Source: Camelus ferus
Taxonomy: Eukaryota
Direction of reading: 5' to 3'
DNA length: 64,000 nt
Assembly (NCBI RefSeq): GCF_009834535.1
Contig: NC_045696.1
Span: 74,030,001 to 74,094,000 of the forward strand
Shown here one piece after another: positions 12,011 through 24,789 of this stretch. The translations under genes were made by a program, and so were the position numbers. The notes under the pieces are model-generated. The model had not been told where the DNA came from. It searched no databases and saw only the letters and a list, made by a program, of their open reading frames with translations. Every line of letters begins with the position of its first letter. Positions within the stretch are counted from its first letter, which is position 1.

Positions 12011-13728
12011 AACCCAAAAGACCCCAAATAGCCAAAACAATCTTGAGAAAGAAGATCAAAGCTGGAGGTATCATGTGCTCTGATTTCAAACTATGCTACT
12101 AAGCTACAGTAATCAAAAGAGTATGTTACTGCCACAAAAACATACATAGATCAATGTAACAGGATAGAGAGCCCAGAAATAAACGTACACACTTATGGTC
12201 AGTTAATCTACAACAAAGAAGACAAGAATATACAATGAGGAATAGAGCATCTTCAGTAATGTTGGGAAAACTGGATAGCTTTATGCTAAAGAATCAAAGT
12301 GGGCTGTTCTCTCATACCATGCATAAAAATAAATTCAAATGGATTGAAGACTTAAATGTAAGACCTGAAACCATAAAACTTCTTGAAGAAAACGTAGGCA
12401 GTATGTTCTTTGACATTAACCATAGTAATTTTTTTTTAAGTATGTCTCCTCAAGCAAGGGAAAGAAAAGCAAAAATTAACAAGTGGGAATAATCACACTA
12501 AAAAGCTTTTGCACAGCTAAGGAAATTATCAACAAAATGCAAAGACCACCTCCTGAACAGACATTTTTCCAGAGAAGACATGCAGATGGTCAACAGGCAC
12601 ATGAAAGGATGCTCAACATCACTAATCATCAGGGAAATGCAAATCAAAACCACAATGAAATATCACCTCACATCTGTCAGAATGGCTGTTATTAAAAAGA
12701 CAACAAATAACAAGTGTTGGTGAGAATGTAGAGAAAAGAGAACCCTTGTGCACTGTTGGTGGGGATGTAAATTGGTACACCCATTATGGAAAACAGTATG
12801 AAGGTTCCTCAAAAAGTTAGAAATAGAACCACCATATGATCTAGCAATTCCACTTGTGGTTATTTATTTGAAGAAAACAAAAACACCAATTCAAAAAGAT
12901 ATGTGCAACCCTATGTTCATTGCAGCATTATTTATAAGAGCCAAGATATGGAAGCAATCTGTGTCCATCAATAGATGAATTGATAAGGAAGATGTGATAT
13001 ATTGCCCATCAATAGGTAAATGGATAAAGAAGATGTGAGAGACAAATTTCCAGTTGCAAAGTAAATGAGTCATGGGTGTGAATTGTACAGTGGGGGAAAC
13101 TATAGTAAAGATTATGTATCTTTGTATGGTGGCAGATCATACTAGACTTATTGTGGTGACCATTTTGAAATATATAGATATATCAAATCACTGTGTTATG
13201 TAATAGGAGCTAACATAGTGCTGTAGGTCATTTATACTTCAAAAAGAAACAAATCAGATAAACAACAATGTCCTACTCTATAGCACAATGGAACTATATT
13301 CAATATCCTGAAATAAACCATAATGGAAAAGAAAAATAAATAAATGAACAAACTCGTAGAAAAAGAGATCAGATTTGGGGTTACCAGGGGTAGAGGCTGG
13401 GTGAGAAGCAGGGGATTGGATGAAGGTAATCAAAAGGTACAAACTCCTAGTTGTAAGATAAATAAGTACTAGGGATGTAATTCACAACATGATAAATATA
13501 ACTAACACTGCTGTATGCTATATATGAAAGTTGTTAAGATAATGAATCCTAAGAATACTTCTTTCTATTTCTTTAATTTTGTATCTATATGAGATAATGG
13601 ATGTTCATTAAATTTATTGTGTTAATCATTTAATGATGTATGTAAGTTGAATAATTATGCTATGCACCTTAAACTTATACAGTGCTATATGTCAATTATA
13701 TCTCAATAAAATTGGAAGCAAAAAAATG
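12011..13728 (+). mobile_element. 5'-truncated L1 (L1MA9-like) with internal deletions and 14 bp TSD
   Basis: ORF2 C-terminal peptides ([33 protein letters not shown]); TSD aaagaaaggatggc 11997-12010 / aaagaaatgatggc 13729-13742. Confidence 0.93.
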
Positions 13729-13969
13729 AAAGAAATGATGGCTCAATAATAATGAAAGTCCTTCAAATAACATGTTGGCTTTACAATTTGAGATTATTCC
13801 AACGAGGGAAGAAAACAAAGGCACCAAATAAAACTTACGTGGTATATAAGTATTGGGTGATATGGAGGAAGGGTCCCAGTGATGTTTTTACTTCTTTTTC
13901 CACTTGTACTTTATGATCTTTAAAGAGAAGATGGAAGAGATTTAAATTTGAAAGAGGAGATATGTATTA

Positions 13970-14435
13970 CTTCGAGATTAGGTTTGACTAATAGGAACTT
14001 TAAGTTTTATTAACTTAAAAAATTGATTTCTCTTTCCTGTTAAATCTGAAGATAGATAGTCCAGGACTGGCACAGTGTCCATGCTCTATAAGGTTCTCAT
14101 GAATCCAGCCTTCTTGGTGATTCTGTTGCATACAGACATTATTTTCAGGATCACCCCATAGTTCAATGTAGCTGCTCTACTTCCAGCCATTAAGAAGGAA
14201 GAAAGGAAGAAGGACATGGCTCCACACTATGAGGATACTCTTTAAGTTGCACGTACTAGTTCCTTTTACCTTCCTTTGACCGAAATTAGTCAGATGGCCA
14301 CACCTAGCTATAATGAAGACTAGGAAATTCAAATTTTAGTCTGGATATCTGTGTTTCTACCTAGAATCTGGGTGTTCTATTAATAAATTAAAAGGAGGAA
14401 GACGTATTGGGGGGCATCTAGCAAATTTTGTCACA
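13970..14435 (-). mobile_element. Old MaLR LTR (MLT1J/K-like)
   Basis: ttgaccgaaattagtcagatggccacacctagct...gtattgggggcatctagcaa...tcaca. Confidence 0.65.
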
Positions 14436-14769
14436 TATATGTAATCAAATTCAAATAGATGGATAACCAAAATGTCTAATAGTGTCAGGAAGGATAAAGG
14501 CCTAGAGTAATCTGAAGCATACAGAAAATACTAACAAAATATTGGCTTTTGATTGTTTAAAAGTTTTGCGTATTTTTGAAATAAATATATTTGTAATGAT
14601 ATTAAGAATGAATACAATAAAAGAAGGTGACATTTCTTACTTGGAGAAAATTCTAACATTAATAGGTGATGGAGAAATAGTAGAATTAATCCCTATTATG
14701 TCAAAACTAATAATTAAATTGGAAGAAGAACGTGCTGATGAGAAACTGAAAGCACAAATAGGATAGGAC

Positions 14770-15408
14770 AACACCCTGATTCTGGCCCTTTTTATTATTT
14801 GCCTGCATTATCTCAGCAGCCTCCTTAAAAATTCATTCTGCTGCTTGGCATACATTTTCTTCTCTCACCCTCCAATCAAGTAAAGAAGAGAACTTCTTTA
14901 CTCCCACAAATTATTTCTCTAAAAATAAATCTTGTCATTCCCCTGCTTGAAAACATTTTTTGTTCTCTGTGATTTATAGAATTAAGCTCAGACTTCTTAC
15001 GTTGGCACATATGGCTCTTTATGGTATGTTTTGAGCTTTTCTTTCATCTCATCTGTTCCTTTCATGCTTTTTGAACTCCAGCTTTGCCAAACTCCTTAGT
15101 GTTTCCTGAATATTAAACCTACTAATCCTTTTGTGTAAATGCCTCCTCTTAGCCTGGGGAGTTCATGGACAGTCTTTAAAACTTAAATATCTCAGTCTTT
15201 TTAAAGCCATACACGGGTGGATAGTTTTTTCTCTGTATCCACATGGCATTCTGTACATACTTCAATTGTAGCACTTGTCATGTTGAAGTAAATATGTATT
15301 TATTTACATATCTTTCTCTCCTGCTAAACTCTGAGTTCCCCAGGGGAAACAGTTTTAAACATACTGCTCAGTACTTAGTATTCAGAATGTTTATTGACTG
15401 ATTGATGA
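14770..15408 (+). mobile_element. L2 3' portion
   Basis: ttgcctgcattatctcagcagcctcct...tcattcccctgcttgaaaac...tgtttattgactgattga. Confidence 0.65.
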
Positions 15409-15419
15409 GAGCATACAGA

Positions 15420-17130
15420 TGGTCTAAATTAATTCAAGTCCTTAGGGTCAAATGAAATACATACATGCTAGAGTGAAAAAAAATCCATCTGCGACTTAGG
15501 AGATATTGCTAGGCATCTTGGAGGAATTTTGGATAGTAGAAGTGTCAAAAGACTGGAGATAGGCAATGTTCCAATTTTCATAATGGGTGTAAAATATATC
15601 TAGAAATCATAGACTCACAAGCTTTAGGCCATACCCAAGTGGAGAGCAGATTATTAGACAGGTGGCTTGTGAGCACTTTAGGAAAAAATACTGAAAAGTA
15701 CATTTCTATTGTTAGATTTTTAACCCTGCCTACTTTCATAGAGAATTAGAGGCAGTTGTTGATTCCCAGGAACCGTAGAGGTTTGCTTAGGACAAGTTAA
15801 AATTGTGTGAAACTCTTTTCCTATCTTTCTTGAAACGTACTGACTGAGAATAGTGGCCCAACAAATTCTATAGGCATTTGTTGATGTCTCTCATTGATTC
15901 TCTATTGTGGTTTATGTGGATCAGATGATGTAGTTGTATATTGAAAACTATAAAACTCTGCAGAGTTTTTCTATTTTCAGTCATTTGCTTAATATCTTCA
16001 TATTTTTTGCCACCATATTCATGTACCATCTCTACTTTTATATTTGTATTTTTTCTTTAACATCAACTGATTTGTTTTACTTAAACTTAGCTTCGTGCTA
16101 AATGATAATATCTGTAAGGTCACAAGTTTGTAATGTACCAGTGATTTTTTTTTCTAATATGCTCTGTAATAAATACATAACTATGAACAAAAAAATGATG
16201 GCCCATAGTGTCATCTTGAATACAATCAGTATATAATTTTATAATATTTGATGCTACAATCATTATGTAAAATGTGGAGGAATTAAGCTAATTCAAAATA
16301 CCAATACCATGAGTAATTTTTATCTATTGCACCATTGCATGGTACACAAAGGCAGCTGATTAATAGATTCATATCAAGTTAGAAGGGTGTTTGAGTGACA
16401 AACTGCAGGGCTGTAACTTTTGTCCTGACCTGTTTGACATGTTTATTAGTGACCTGAAGATATAGGAAGTGAATGGATTCAACTGGAAGTGACATAACCC
16501 AGAAGGGAAAACTAATATACCAGATGATAGAACTCACTCAAAAATTTTTGACAGGTTTGGATTATAGGTAAATAGTAGGAACATCCTCACAATTAACACA
16601 GAGGATATGAATTAGATTAAAACAAACAAGTGTTTAAATGTAGAAAGGAGATCTGGCAAAATTTCTTCAGGGTTTCAATTGGCTGTAAGTTCATTAAAAG
16701 TGAAAAATTTGATATAGATGCCTAGAAAGTAAATGCACATTTAGATTTTAGTCATAATGGTAATATGCTCAAGAAAGTGCTTTAAAATGAAATGTCCAAG
16801 GTAAGAGAGTCAAATATTCTGCAACTGATCAATCATATCTGGGATATTATATTTAATTCCAGAATATAATCCATGAAAATTATAGAGCTGGAAATCCTAT
16901 CATAAAAGAGGGAAAACTGAAGGAACTGGGCATAGTAAACCTAAAGAAAAAAATTCTAATTTGGGGCATGAGAATTGTTTTCAAATACAGTATTGGGAAA
17001 GCTTTCAACATAGAAGGAAAATTTTATTTATTCTGCAGACTTAGTAAGCAGATTTGACTTCAACTCAATAAAAATTAAAATAACTTTACAATCAGCGATG
17101 CTTCTTGCCAGGGAAGGAGCAATCTGTCAG
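15420..17130 (+). mobile_element. CR1/L3 LINE remnant (reverse transcriptase region), fragmented
   Basis: Degenerate CR1 RT motifs: DWR* at 15551, NHRLTSF (cf. NYRPVSL) near 15606, LQGCNFCPDLFDMFISDL at 16403 (cf. PQGSVLGPVLFNIFINDL). Confidence 0.7.
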
Positions 17131-17799
17131 GATTGCTGTATGGTCATTTTCAGGGTGTGAGTGTATGTTTGTGTGTGTGCGTGAGTGTGCATAAATTGGC
17201 AGAGAGGTGACCCTTTAACTTTGTATGACTTTAATTTTTACAATGATCGTATAATCAGAAAAAAGATGTTTCAATTTCGAAATGTAAAATTTAAAAATAC
17301 CGGAGAAGGGGAGTGGTTGGAGACAACTCTTGCTTCTATCACTTAATACTGATGTATTTCTGACTGATTCCCTAAGTTCTCCAAGCCTGAAGTTCCTCTT
17401 GCAGACAATGGGGCTAATAACACTTTCCATGCTTGATGGTTGTGAATATTAAATTAATACTATAAACAAAAATCCCTGACATAGCACAGTGTATGTATTT
17501 AGAGTTTTCTTTTCCTTATGGTTGATCTTAAGTTTGTTATTGGAAGGGACAACCAAAAATTAGTGGGCAGCCAAAATTTCAGCACTAATTTAGAACCTTA
17601 AGCATTTCAGTCCTAACTTATTATTTAGAAGTTATGTTGTATGGGAAAAGTAATATAGAAGAAATACAGAAAATCCTAAGACCTATATGCACTGCTTTTG
17701 GTCACTAATGGAAGCCCTCATAGTATCGTATTAATAGTCATCACAGATGAGTTCAATATTCATTATTTTCTTGCTTGTGTTTCTTTTTAGTGATTCAAT

Positions 17800-18946
17800 A
17801 TTTTTTTTATTGATTTTACTTCGTTTAAAGCTATTACAAAATAATGGCTATATTTCCCTATGCTGTACAATATATCCTTGTTGTTTATTTATTTCATATG
17901 TAGTGATTTGTGTCTCTCTACCCCATTCTCTAACTTGCCCATCCTCCCTTCCTTCTGCTCACTAGTAACCATTGGCTTGTTCTCTATATCTGTGCATCTG
18001 TTTCTTTTTTTGTTATATACATTCATCTGTTTTATTTTTTAGATTCCACATATTAGTGATATCACATGATGTTTATCTTTCTCTGTCTTACTTATTTCAC
18101 TAAGCATAATACTGTCTAGATCCAGCCATATTGTTGCAAATGGCAGAATTTCATTCTTTTTTATGATTGAGTAATATTCCATTGTATATATATACCACAT
18201 CTTCTTTACCCATTCATCTGTTCACGGGCACTTGGGTTACTTCCATGTCTTGGCTATTGTTTGTTGTTGTTGTTGTTACTGAGTTGTATGAGCTATTCGT
18301 ATATTTTAGAAATTAAGCCCTCGTCAGTCACATTGTTTGCAAATATTTTCTCCCATTCCAGAGTTTGTCTTTTCATTTTGTTTTTGGTTTCCCTTGCTCT
18401 GCAAAAGCTTTTATGTTTGATTAGGTCCCATTTGTTTATTTTTGCTGCCTTGGGAGACTCACCTAAGAAAATAACTGCTATCATTTATGTCAGAGAATGT
18501 TTTGCCTATATTCTGTTCTAGGAGCTTTGTGATGTAATGCCTTATATTTAAGTCTTTAAACCATTTTGAGTTTATTTTTGTATATGGGGAGAGGGAGTGC
18601 TCTAATTTCATTGATTTACATGCAGCTGTCCAGCTTTCCCAACAACAATTGCTGAAGAGACTGTCTTTTCTCCATTGTATATTCTTGCCTCCTTTGTCAT
18701 AGATGAATTGACTGTAGGTGTGTGGGTTTATTTCTGGGCTTGCTATTCTGTTCTATTGATCTATATGTCTGCTTTTGTGCCAGTACCATGCTGCTTTGAT
18801 TACTGTAGCTTTGTAGTATTGTGCGAAGTCTGGGAGGGTTATGCCTCCAGCTTTGTTCTTTTTCCTCAGTATTGCTCTGGCAATTCTGGATCTTTTATGG
18901 TTCCATGTAAATTTTAGGATTATTTGTTCTGGTTTTGTGACAAAAA
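17800..18946 (-). mobile_element. L1 3'UTR plus ORF2 C-terminal segment with an internal deletion near 18260
   Basis: Minus-strand peptide [38 protein letters not shown]-rich tail near 17800. Confidence 0.95.
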
Positions 18947-20268
18947 TCTGACTTTTTTGGGATATTCTCTAGTTAAAATTCTCACTCTATTCTTTTCCCT
19001 AATTCAGTTAGCATCATTATTACTAATCCTTTGAATTCTTTATCTGGTAAATTGTTTATATCCATTTCATTAATTGTTTTTCAGGAATGTTCTCTTGCTT
19101 TTTCAGTTGAGACAGGTTCCTCTGTCTTCTCATTTTGCTTAACTTTGTGAAATTAAGTGAAACAGTTGCTTATTGCAGTCTTATGGGGTGTCCTTATGTA
19201 GGAGCATCCCTATATAGTTTCACATGCCCAGCAGCTTTTGTGGGAGAGCTATATTTGACATGAACACAAGTTGTGTCTTTTCTCAGGGTATGCTGGCAGG
19301 TATCACCTTGGTTGGATGTGGAACTGGAGATGAAGGGGCTAGAGCCAGACCCTGGTGTCATCTGGGCTTCCCCTCTGCTCAGTGGCCATCACCACCCTAT
19401 CAGGGGTGGGATCAGGCCCCATATTGTTGAAGCAAAAGCCTTGAGGATAGGGTCTGAGAAGACTCATTTCCCTTGAAGTATAAGCTTTTCCTGCTCCCAG
19501 CAGCCCTGGAATAAGAGGGGCTGGCTTGGGCTCAGGGAGGTCCTGGGCATTGGGCTGTAGCAGTCTGGCAGCCCTTTGATGTTCCAGCTGTCTCTGATGC
19601 ACCACTCATGTAAGTGCCAGCAATGGCTTCCCCCACCCTGCTTAGAGACCACTTCAGGTTTGAGTTGCCTCAGCATCTCACAGCCAAGGTCTTTCCCCAG
19701 TCCTGGTAGCTCTCTTTCCGATGTGGAGCTGCCACATGAAGCAAGTAGTGCTGGAGCATTTGCTCAACCCAGGCTGGGGCGTGTGTTAGTGCAGTAGCAG
19801 GATCCAGTCACCGACACCTGCGTTCTCAAGCCACACTCTCCACCCTACGTCAGAAGCAAGCAAGCACAGATGCGCTCCTCCTGAGTGGAGTCCATGCTTC
19901 CCACAGCTCTCCTGTGAGTCCCATCAGCACTCCCACCAACCAAGGGGCTCATCTTCCCTTTGCTGGACCTCAGGGCTGGAGCACCCTGTACGTGGCTTAA
20001 ACCGTTTCCCTCCTCAGGGATGATCTCCACCCGTGTAATCTCCCTTTCCTCTGAGTCCCCTCTCAGGGGCTCAGGTCCTGATCTGATTGTTTCTCTTCTC
20101 TTCTTACCCAATTCTGTGTGGATTTTTCTTACAGCTTTGGTTGTACAGGAGTCTTTCTGCCAGTCTCCAGATAGTGTTCAGTGAGAATTGTTCCACATGT
20201 AGATGTATTTTTGAAGTGTTTGTTTGGGGCAAGTAAGTTCTGTGTCCTACTACTCCATTATCTTGATC
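18947..20268 (-). mobile_element. L1 5'UTR and start of ORF1 (laurasiatherian type)
   Basis: Reverse strand starts tcaagataatggagtagtaggacacagaacttac...aaaaatacatctacatgtggaacaattctcac, a recognisable L1 5' terminus; GC-rich 19250-20100; ORF1-like A-rich sequence 18950-19150. Confidence 0.8.
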
Positions 20269-22311
20269 TAATGCCCTTGCTTGTCTTAATAGCCAATCAC
20301 CAAGCAATAAATATGTGGGCCACATGGCCTGTTCAGTTTAGTGGCAATATGGATGAGATCATCAAATCATCAATTTCACATTCCTGTTAACTGAGTTTTT
20401 ATATCATTAAATTAAGTATTATTTAATAATCCAGTTACTTGCTCTATAAATTGGCCCTTCAATTACTTTGTAGAGTTCTCACCTACATCAAGTAAATATA
20501 CTTGAAACTCTAGGCTAGCTTTTCATAATGATGCTTTCAGATTTTACTAATTTGGGTAGGGGAAAGTAAATAAAGGGCAACCTCAGACAAGCACGTCATC
20601 GTTCAGTCTAGGCAAAAAAGATACGTCTGCAATTCTTGAGACATCACTTCATGTCTTTACTTTTAGATTCTATATTCAAGATGTTAGTATCAGTTTTCAG
20701 AGAGATTATTCTGTTACTGAGGAATACTGCCACCAGGTAACAATAACTTCTACTGCTGTTAGTTCCAAAAGGAAAGGCTTAAGTTATAGAACCATTCTCT
20801 GGGATTTCTAAGTAGTAGTGTTCTTCTAATGCCTCTGTGATATACTTATTATTTTTCTATGTATTTTTATTTTACATAAAAATAAGTTTTCCTGAGTGGT
20901 TGAGCTCAAATAATGTTAAGCCATCACTATTTTAAAGATGATAATTTAGAAAAAAAGTATAGAGATAAATGTTTAAGGTACAATCCATTACCTTCCTCAC
21001 TAATCCTTCACTTTTTTTTCCATTAACCCACAAAACTTTTAGCTTAAAATTTTATCACTTCCTAGAAGCCATGTTCTCTCTTTAGAATGTCTTGGCTTCA
21101 GTACCTGGCTTGTTTCTCTCATTGTCAACAAAACGTTGCCTTAGGAGCAAGCAGCCCATTGGTCCTTTCTCTTTTCCCTTCCCCCAACTGTTCACATTAA
21201 AAACAGAAAAAGGTTTAGTTGCCATTGTAGTTTTGTTACTTTGGAATCCCCTTCTAGTTTTTCTTTGATGCATGCTAATATCAAATTATAAACCACATTT
21301 CTTTCTAAATAAAAATCAATTGAGTGAAAAAACAACCCTCAGAGATTATACTAGACTTTCTCTATAGATTTTTAAGTTATATCTTAGTCTACAGTTTCTT
21401 TGCAATTTCCAGAAAATGTATTTGCATTACAAAAGATGGATTACAGTAATTATGACTAATTTCAGTAATGAAAATGGATATAACTTTCTTGGGAATACTG
21501 ACTTTAATTCTTTTAGTTCACTTGCCAGTATCAATAATCTTCACACTTGTGAGGCTAGAGGTAGGGGAGAGGAAGAGGATGAAGTAATGGAGATGGTGGC
21601 TTGCGTTTTCTTTTGCAGTTTCTAAGGCTCATTGTTTGACACAGAAGGTTTTAGAATGTGAACTATGCAAATGTATTTTTAAGATATTCATTAAAACCAG
21701 TATGCAAGTCTCCTGGTGCTTGCTCTATTGCTCAGGAACCTAAATGACCTCAATCCACTCAGGACTCTTTACTGTGTCACGCTATTTTTGAGCAAGGAGA
21801 AGTTGCTTTAGGCTTGACTTTACAAAAATAGAGAAGAGTGTATATAGAAGGAAAAAATCCCTATGTATTTAATTGACCACTACACCAGTTACAAGAAAGA
21901 TTTCTTTGCACTCAATAGCTTTAGCTGTCAAAGAGGAAGAAGAAGTGCAGAATAACCCTTACAAAAGGTTAAAGATAAGAAAACTACAGCTTACATATAA
22001 AATACATTAATGTATAAGATGGATAGTGCTTTCACAGTTTTTATATGATTTTAAGAGATATTTAGAGGACGCAAGACCAGATTAGCAATTTTTTCTTGTA
22101 GAAGTCAACAGAGAAACTTTTAAATAACATTACATGCGGCTTTCATCTCCTGAAAGTAAACCCCCTTCTAATGGCCAGTGGGAATAAAATGATTTTCAGA
22201 TCATTTCTCTAGTACATGGTGAAAATATCTTTTGATTCCATATTAAATAAAGAGTTGCCGATTTTCTTATAATCAAAACGTGTCTAAATTGGAAAAAGAG
22301 ATATGGAATCA

Positions 22312-22520
22312 GTGTGACGTGGTAGAAAGAACAATGAACAAGGAATGAGAAAAACCTAGATTCTAGTCCAGGTTCTTTATCAATTTAATAGCTATGTGGC
22401 CTTGGGACCTTAATTCATCAGCTATAGTTTCTTCATTGGTGACAGAGGGAGTAATAATGGCTGCCCTGCCTTTCTCACAGGGTTCTGATGATGATCACTT
22501 GGGAATACTGAGAAAGATCT
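22312..22520 (+). mobile_element. MIR SINE
   Basis: gtggtagaaagaaca...acctagattctagtcc...agctatgtggccttgg...tctcacagggttctgatga. Confidence 0.75.
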
Positions 22521-22820
22521 TGCCATAACAGCTACTATTTACCCTAGTTGTTCCAGGAAATGCTCAGTCACTGATGATCTTCTACTCGGAACCTCAAACT
22601 CTCCTTCCTCTTTTTGAAACTTCCCTAAGTGTCTTGCCTTTTTACAGTCAACCAAGGGCTATCAGTTTATCTGAAGACCAATTAGAAAGTCTCCCAAACT
22701 TCCAAAAAATCCCACATCAATAGGACACTTGCCAAACAGAGATTATCTCAATATTTCTTCTGTTAAACTTAGTCTTCTTTCCAAAACTTTTGAACCTTTG
22801 CTGAAACAAAAAATGAGTTT

Positions 22821-24482
22821 TCTTCTACCCATTTTTTGATTTTTTTGTTTGTTTGTTTGTTTGTTTTTTGGTTTTTTTTGGTATTGAGTTTTATGAGCTG
22901 TTTCTATATTTTGGATATTAACCCCTTGCCAGTTGCATCATTTGCAAATATTTTCTCCCATTCCAGAGTTTGTCTTTTCATTTTGTTTTTGGTTTCCCTT
23001 GCTCTGCAAAAGCTTTTATGTTTGATTAGGTCCCATTTGTTTATTTTTGCTGCCTTGGGAGACTCACCTAAGAAAATAACTGCTATCATTTATGTCAGAG
23101 AATGTTTTGCCTATATTCTGTTCTAGGAGTTTTGTGATGTAATGCCTTATATTTAAGTCTAAACCATTTTGAGTTTATTTTTGTATATGCGGTGAAGGAA
23201 TGTTCTAATTTCATTGATTTACATGCAGCTGTCCAGCTTTCCCAACAACAATTGCTGAAGAGACTGTCTTTTCTCCATTGTATATTCTTGCCTCCTTTGT
23301 CATAGATGAATTGACTGTAGGTGTGTGGGTTTATTTCTGGGCTTGCTATTCTGTTCTATTGATCTATAAGTCTGCGTTTGTGCCAGTACCATGCTGCTTT
23401 GATTACTGTAGCTTTGTAGTATTGGGTGAAGTCTGGGAGGGTTATGCCTCCAGCTTTGTTCTTTTTCCTCAGTATTGCTCTGGCAATTCTGGATCTTTTA
23501 TGGTTCCTTGTAAATTTTAGGATTATTTGTTCTAGTTTTGTGAAAAATGTTAGGGCAGAAGATCTAAATAGACATTTCTTCAGAGAATTCATACAGAATG
23601 TGCCAACAGGCATATGAAAAGATGCTCAACATTGCTAATTATTAGAAAAATGCAAGTCAAAACTACAATGCAGTATCAGTTCACACAGGTCAGGATGGCT
23701 ATCATTAAAATGTCTACAAATAATAAATGCTGGAGACATTGTGGAGAAAGGGAATCCTTTTACACTGGCGGTAGGAATATAAATTGGTGCAGCCACTATG
23801 GAGAACAGTACGGAGGTTTCTTAAAAAACTAAAAATAGAGCTGCCATATGATCCAGAAATCCCATTCCTGGGCATATATCTGGGAAAGATGAAAACTCTA
23901 ATTCAAAAAGATACATGTACCCCAATGTTCATGGCAGCAGTATTTACAATAGCAAGACATGGAAACAACCGCAGGTACCCATTAACAGATGATTCACTTA
24001 AGAAGATGTGGTGTGTGTGTATATATAAATACACACACAATGGAATATTACTCAGTCACAAAAAAGAATGAAATACTGTCATTTGCAGCAACATGGGTGG
24101 ACCTAGAGAATATCTTACCAAGTGAATTAAATCAGACAGAGAAAGACAAATATTATGTGGTAGCACTTACATGTAGAATCTTAAAAAATAATACAAGTAA
24201 ATCTCTATATAAAACAGAAACAGACTCACAAACATAGAAAACAAATATGTGGTTACCAAAGGGGAAAGAGAGAAGGGAAGGGATAAATTAGGAGTATGGG
24301 GTTAACAGATACAAACTACTATACATAAAGTAGATAAACAACAAGGATTTACTGTGTAGCACAGGAGACTGTATTTAATATTTTATAGTAACCTGTAATG
24401 GAAAATAATCAAATATATCTGAATTACTTTGCTGTACACCTGAAACTAATACAATGTTATAAGCCAACTACACTTCAAAAAA
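22821..24482 (+). mobile_element. 5'-inverted (twin-primed) L1 with 13 bp TSD
   Basis: 22821-23550 is antisense ORF2; 23551-24482 is sense ORF2 end, 3'UTR and poly(A); TSD aaaaaatgagttt at 22808-22820 and 24483-24495. Confidence 0.93.
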
Positions 24483-24789
24483 AAAAAATGAGTTTCCTTG
24501 CTTCAAGTGTATGGCTTTGTTAATTTTGTATTGGACTTAAGTTTTTCTTTGATGACATCTATGTGTCAGCATTTATAATGTATTTAAATAGATGTGAGAT
24601 TGCTGCTGCATAATTTTAAATTTGTTCAAGAAGGTAGCAGAACTAAAAATGAAATTTTAAGGGATCAAATTTAAAGTTCTTTTGGGAAAGGCATATGGTA
24701 AGATATAGCTGATTTCATGTTTCAGAATCTAGGTTAATCATTTTTGATAATAGCCACCTTTATAAGTGTTCTGTGCATACCACTTTAGA

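Noticed and set aside
14542..14766. 74-aa ORF with protein-like composition
   Set aside because: Non-ATG start, no splice context, and it lies between repeat fragments in the probable CR1 remnant
19224..20390. Cluster of overlapping ORFs in GC-rich DNA as a gene or CpG-island promoter
   Set aside because: It is the L1 5'UTR; CpGs are largely decayed and the ORF density reflects GC content
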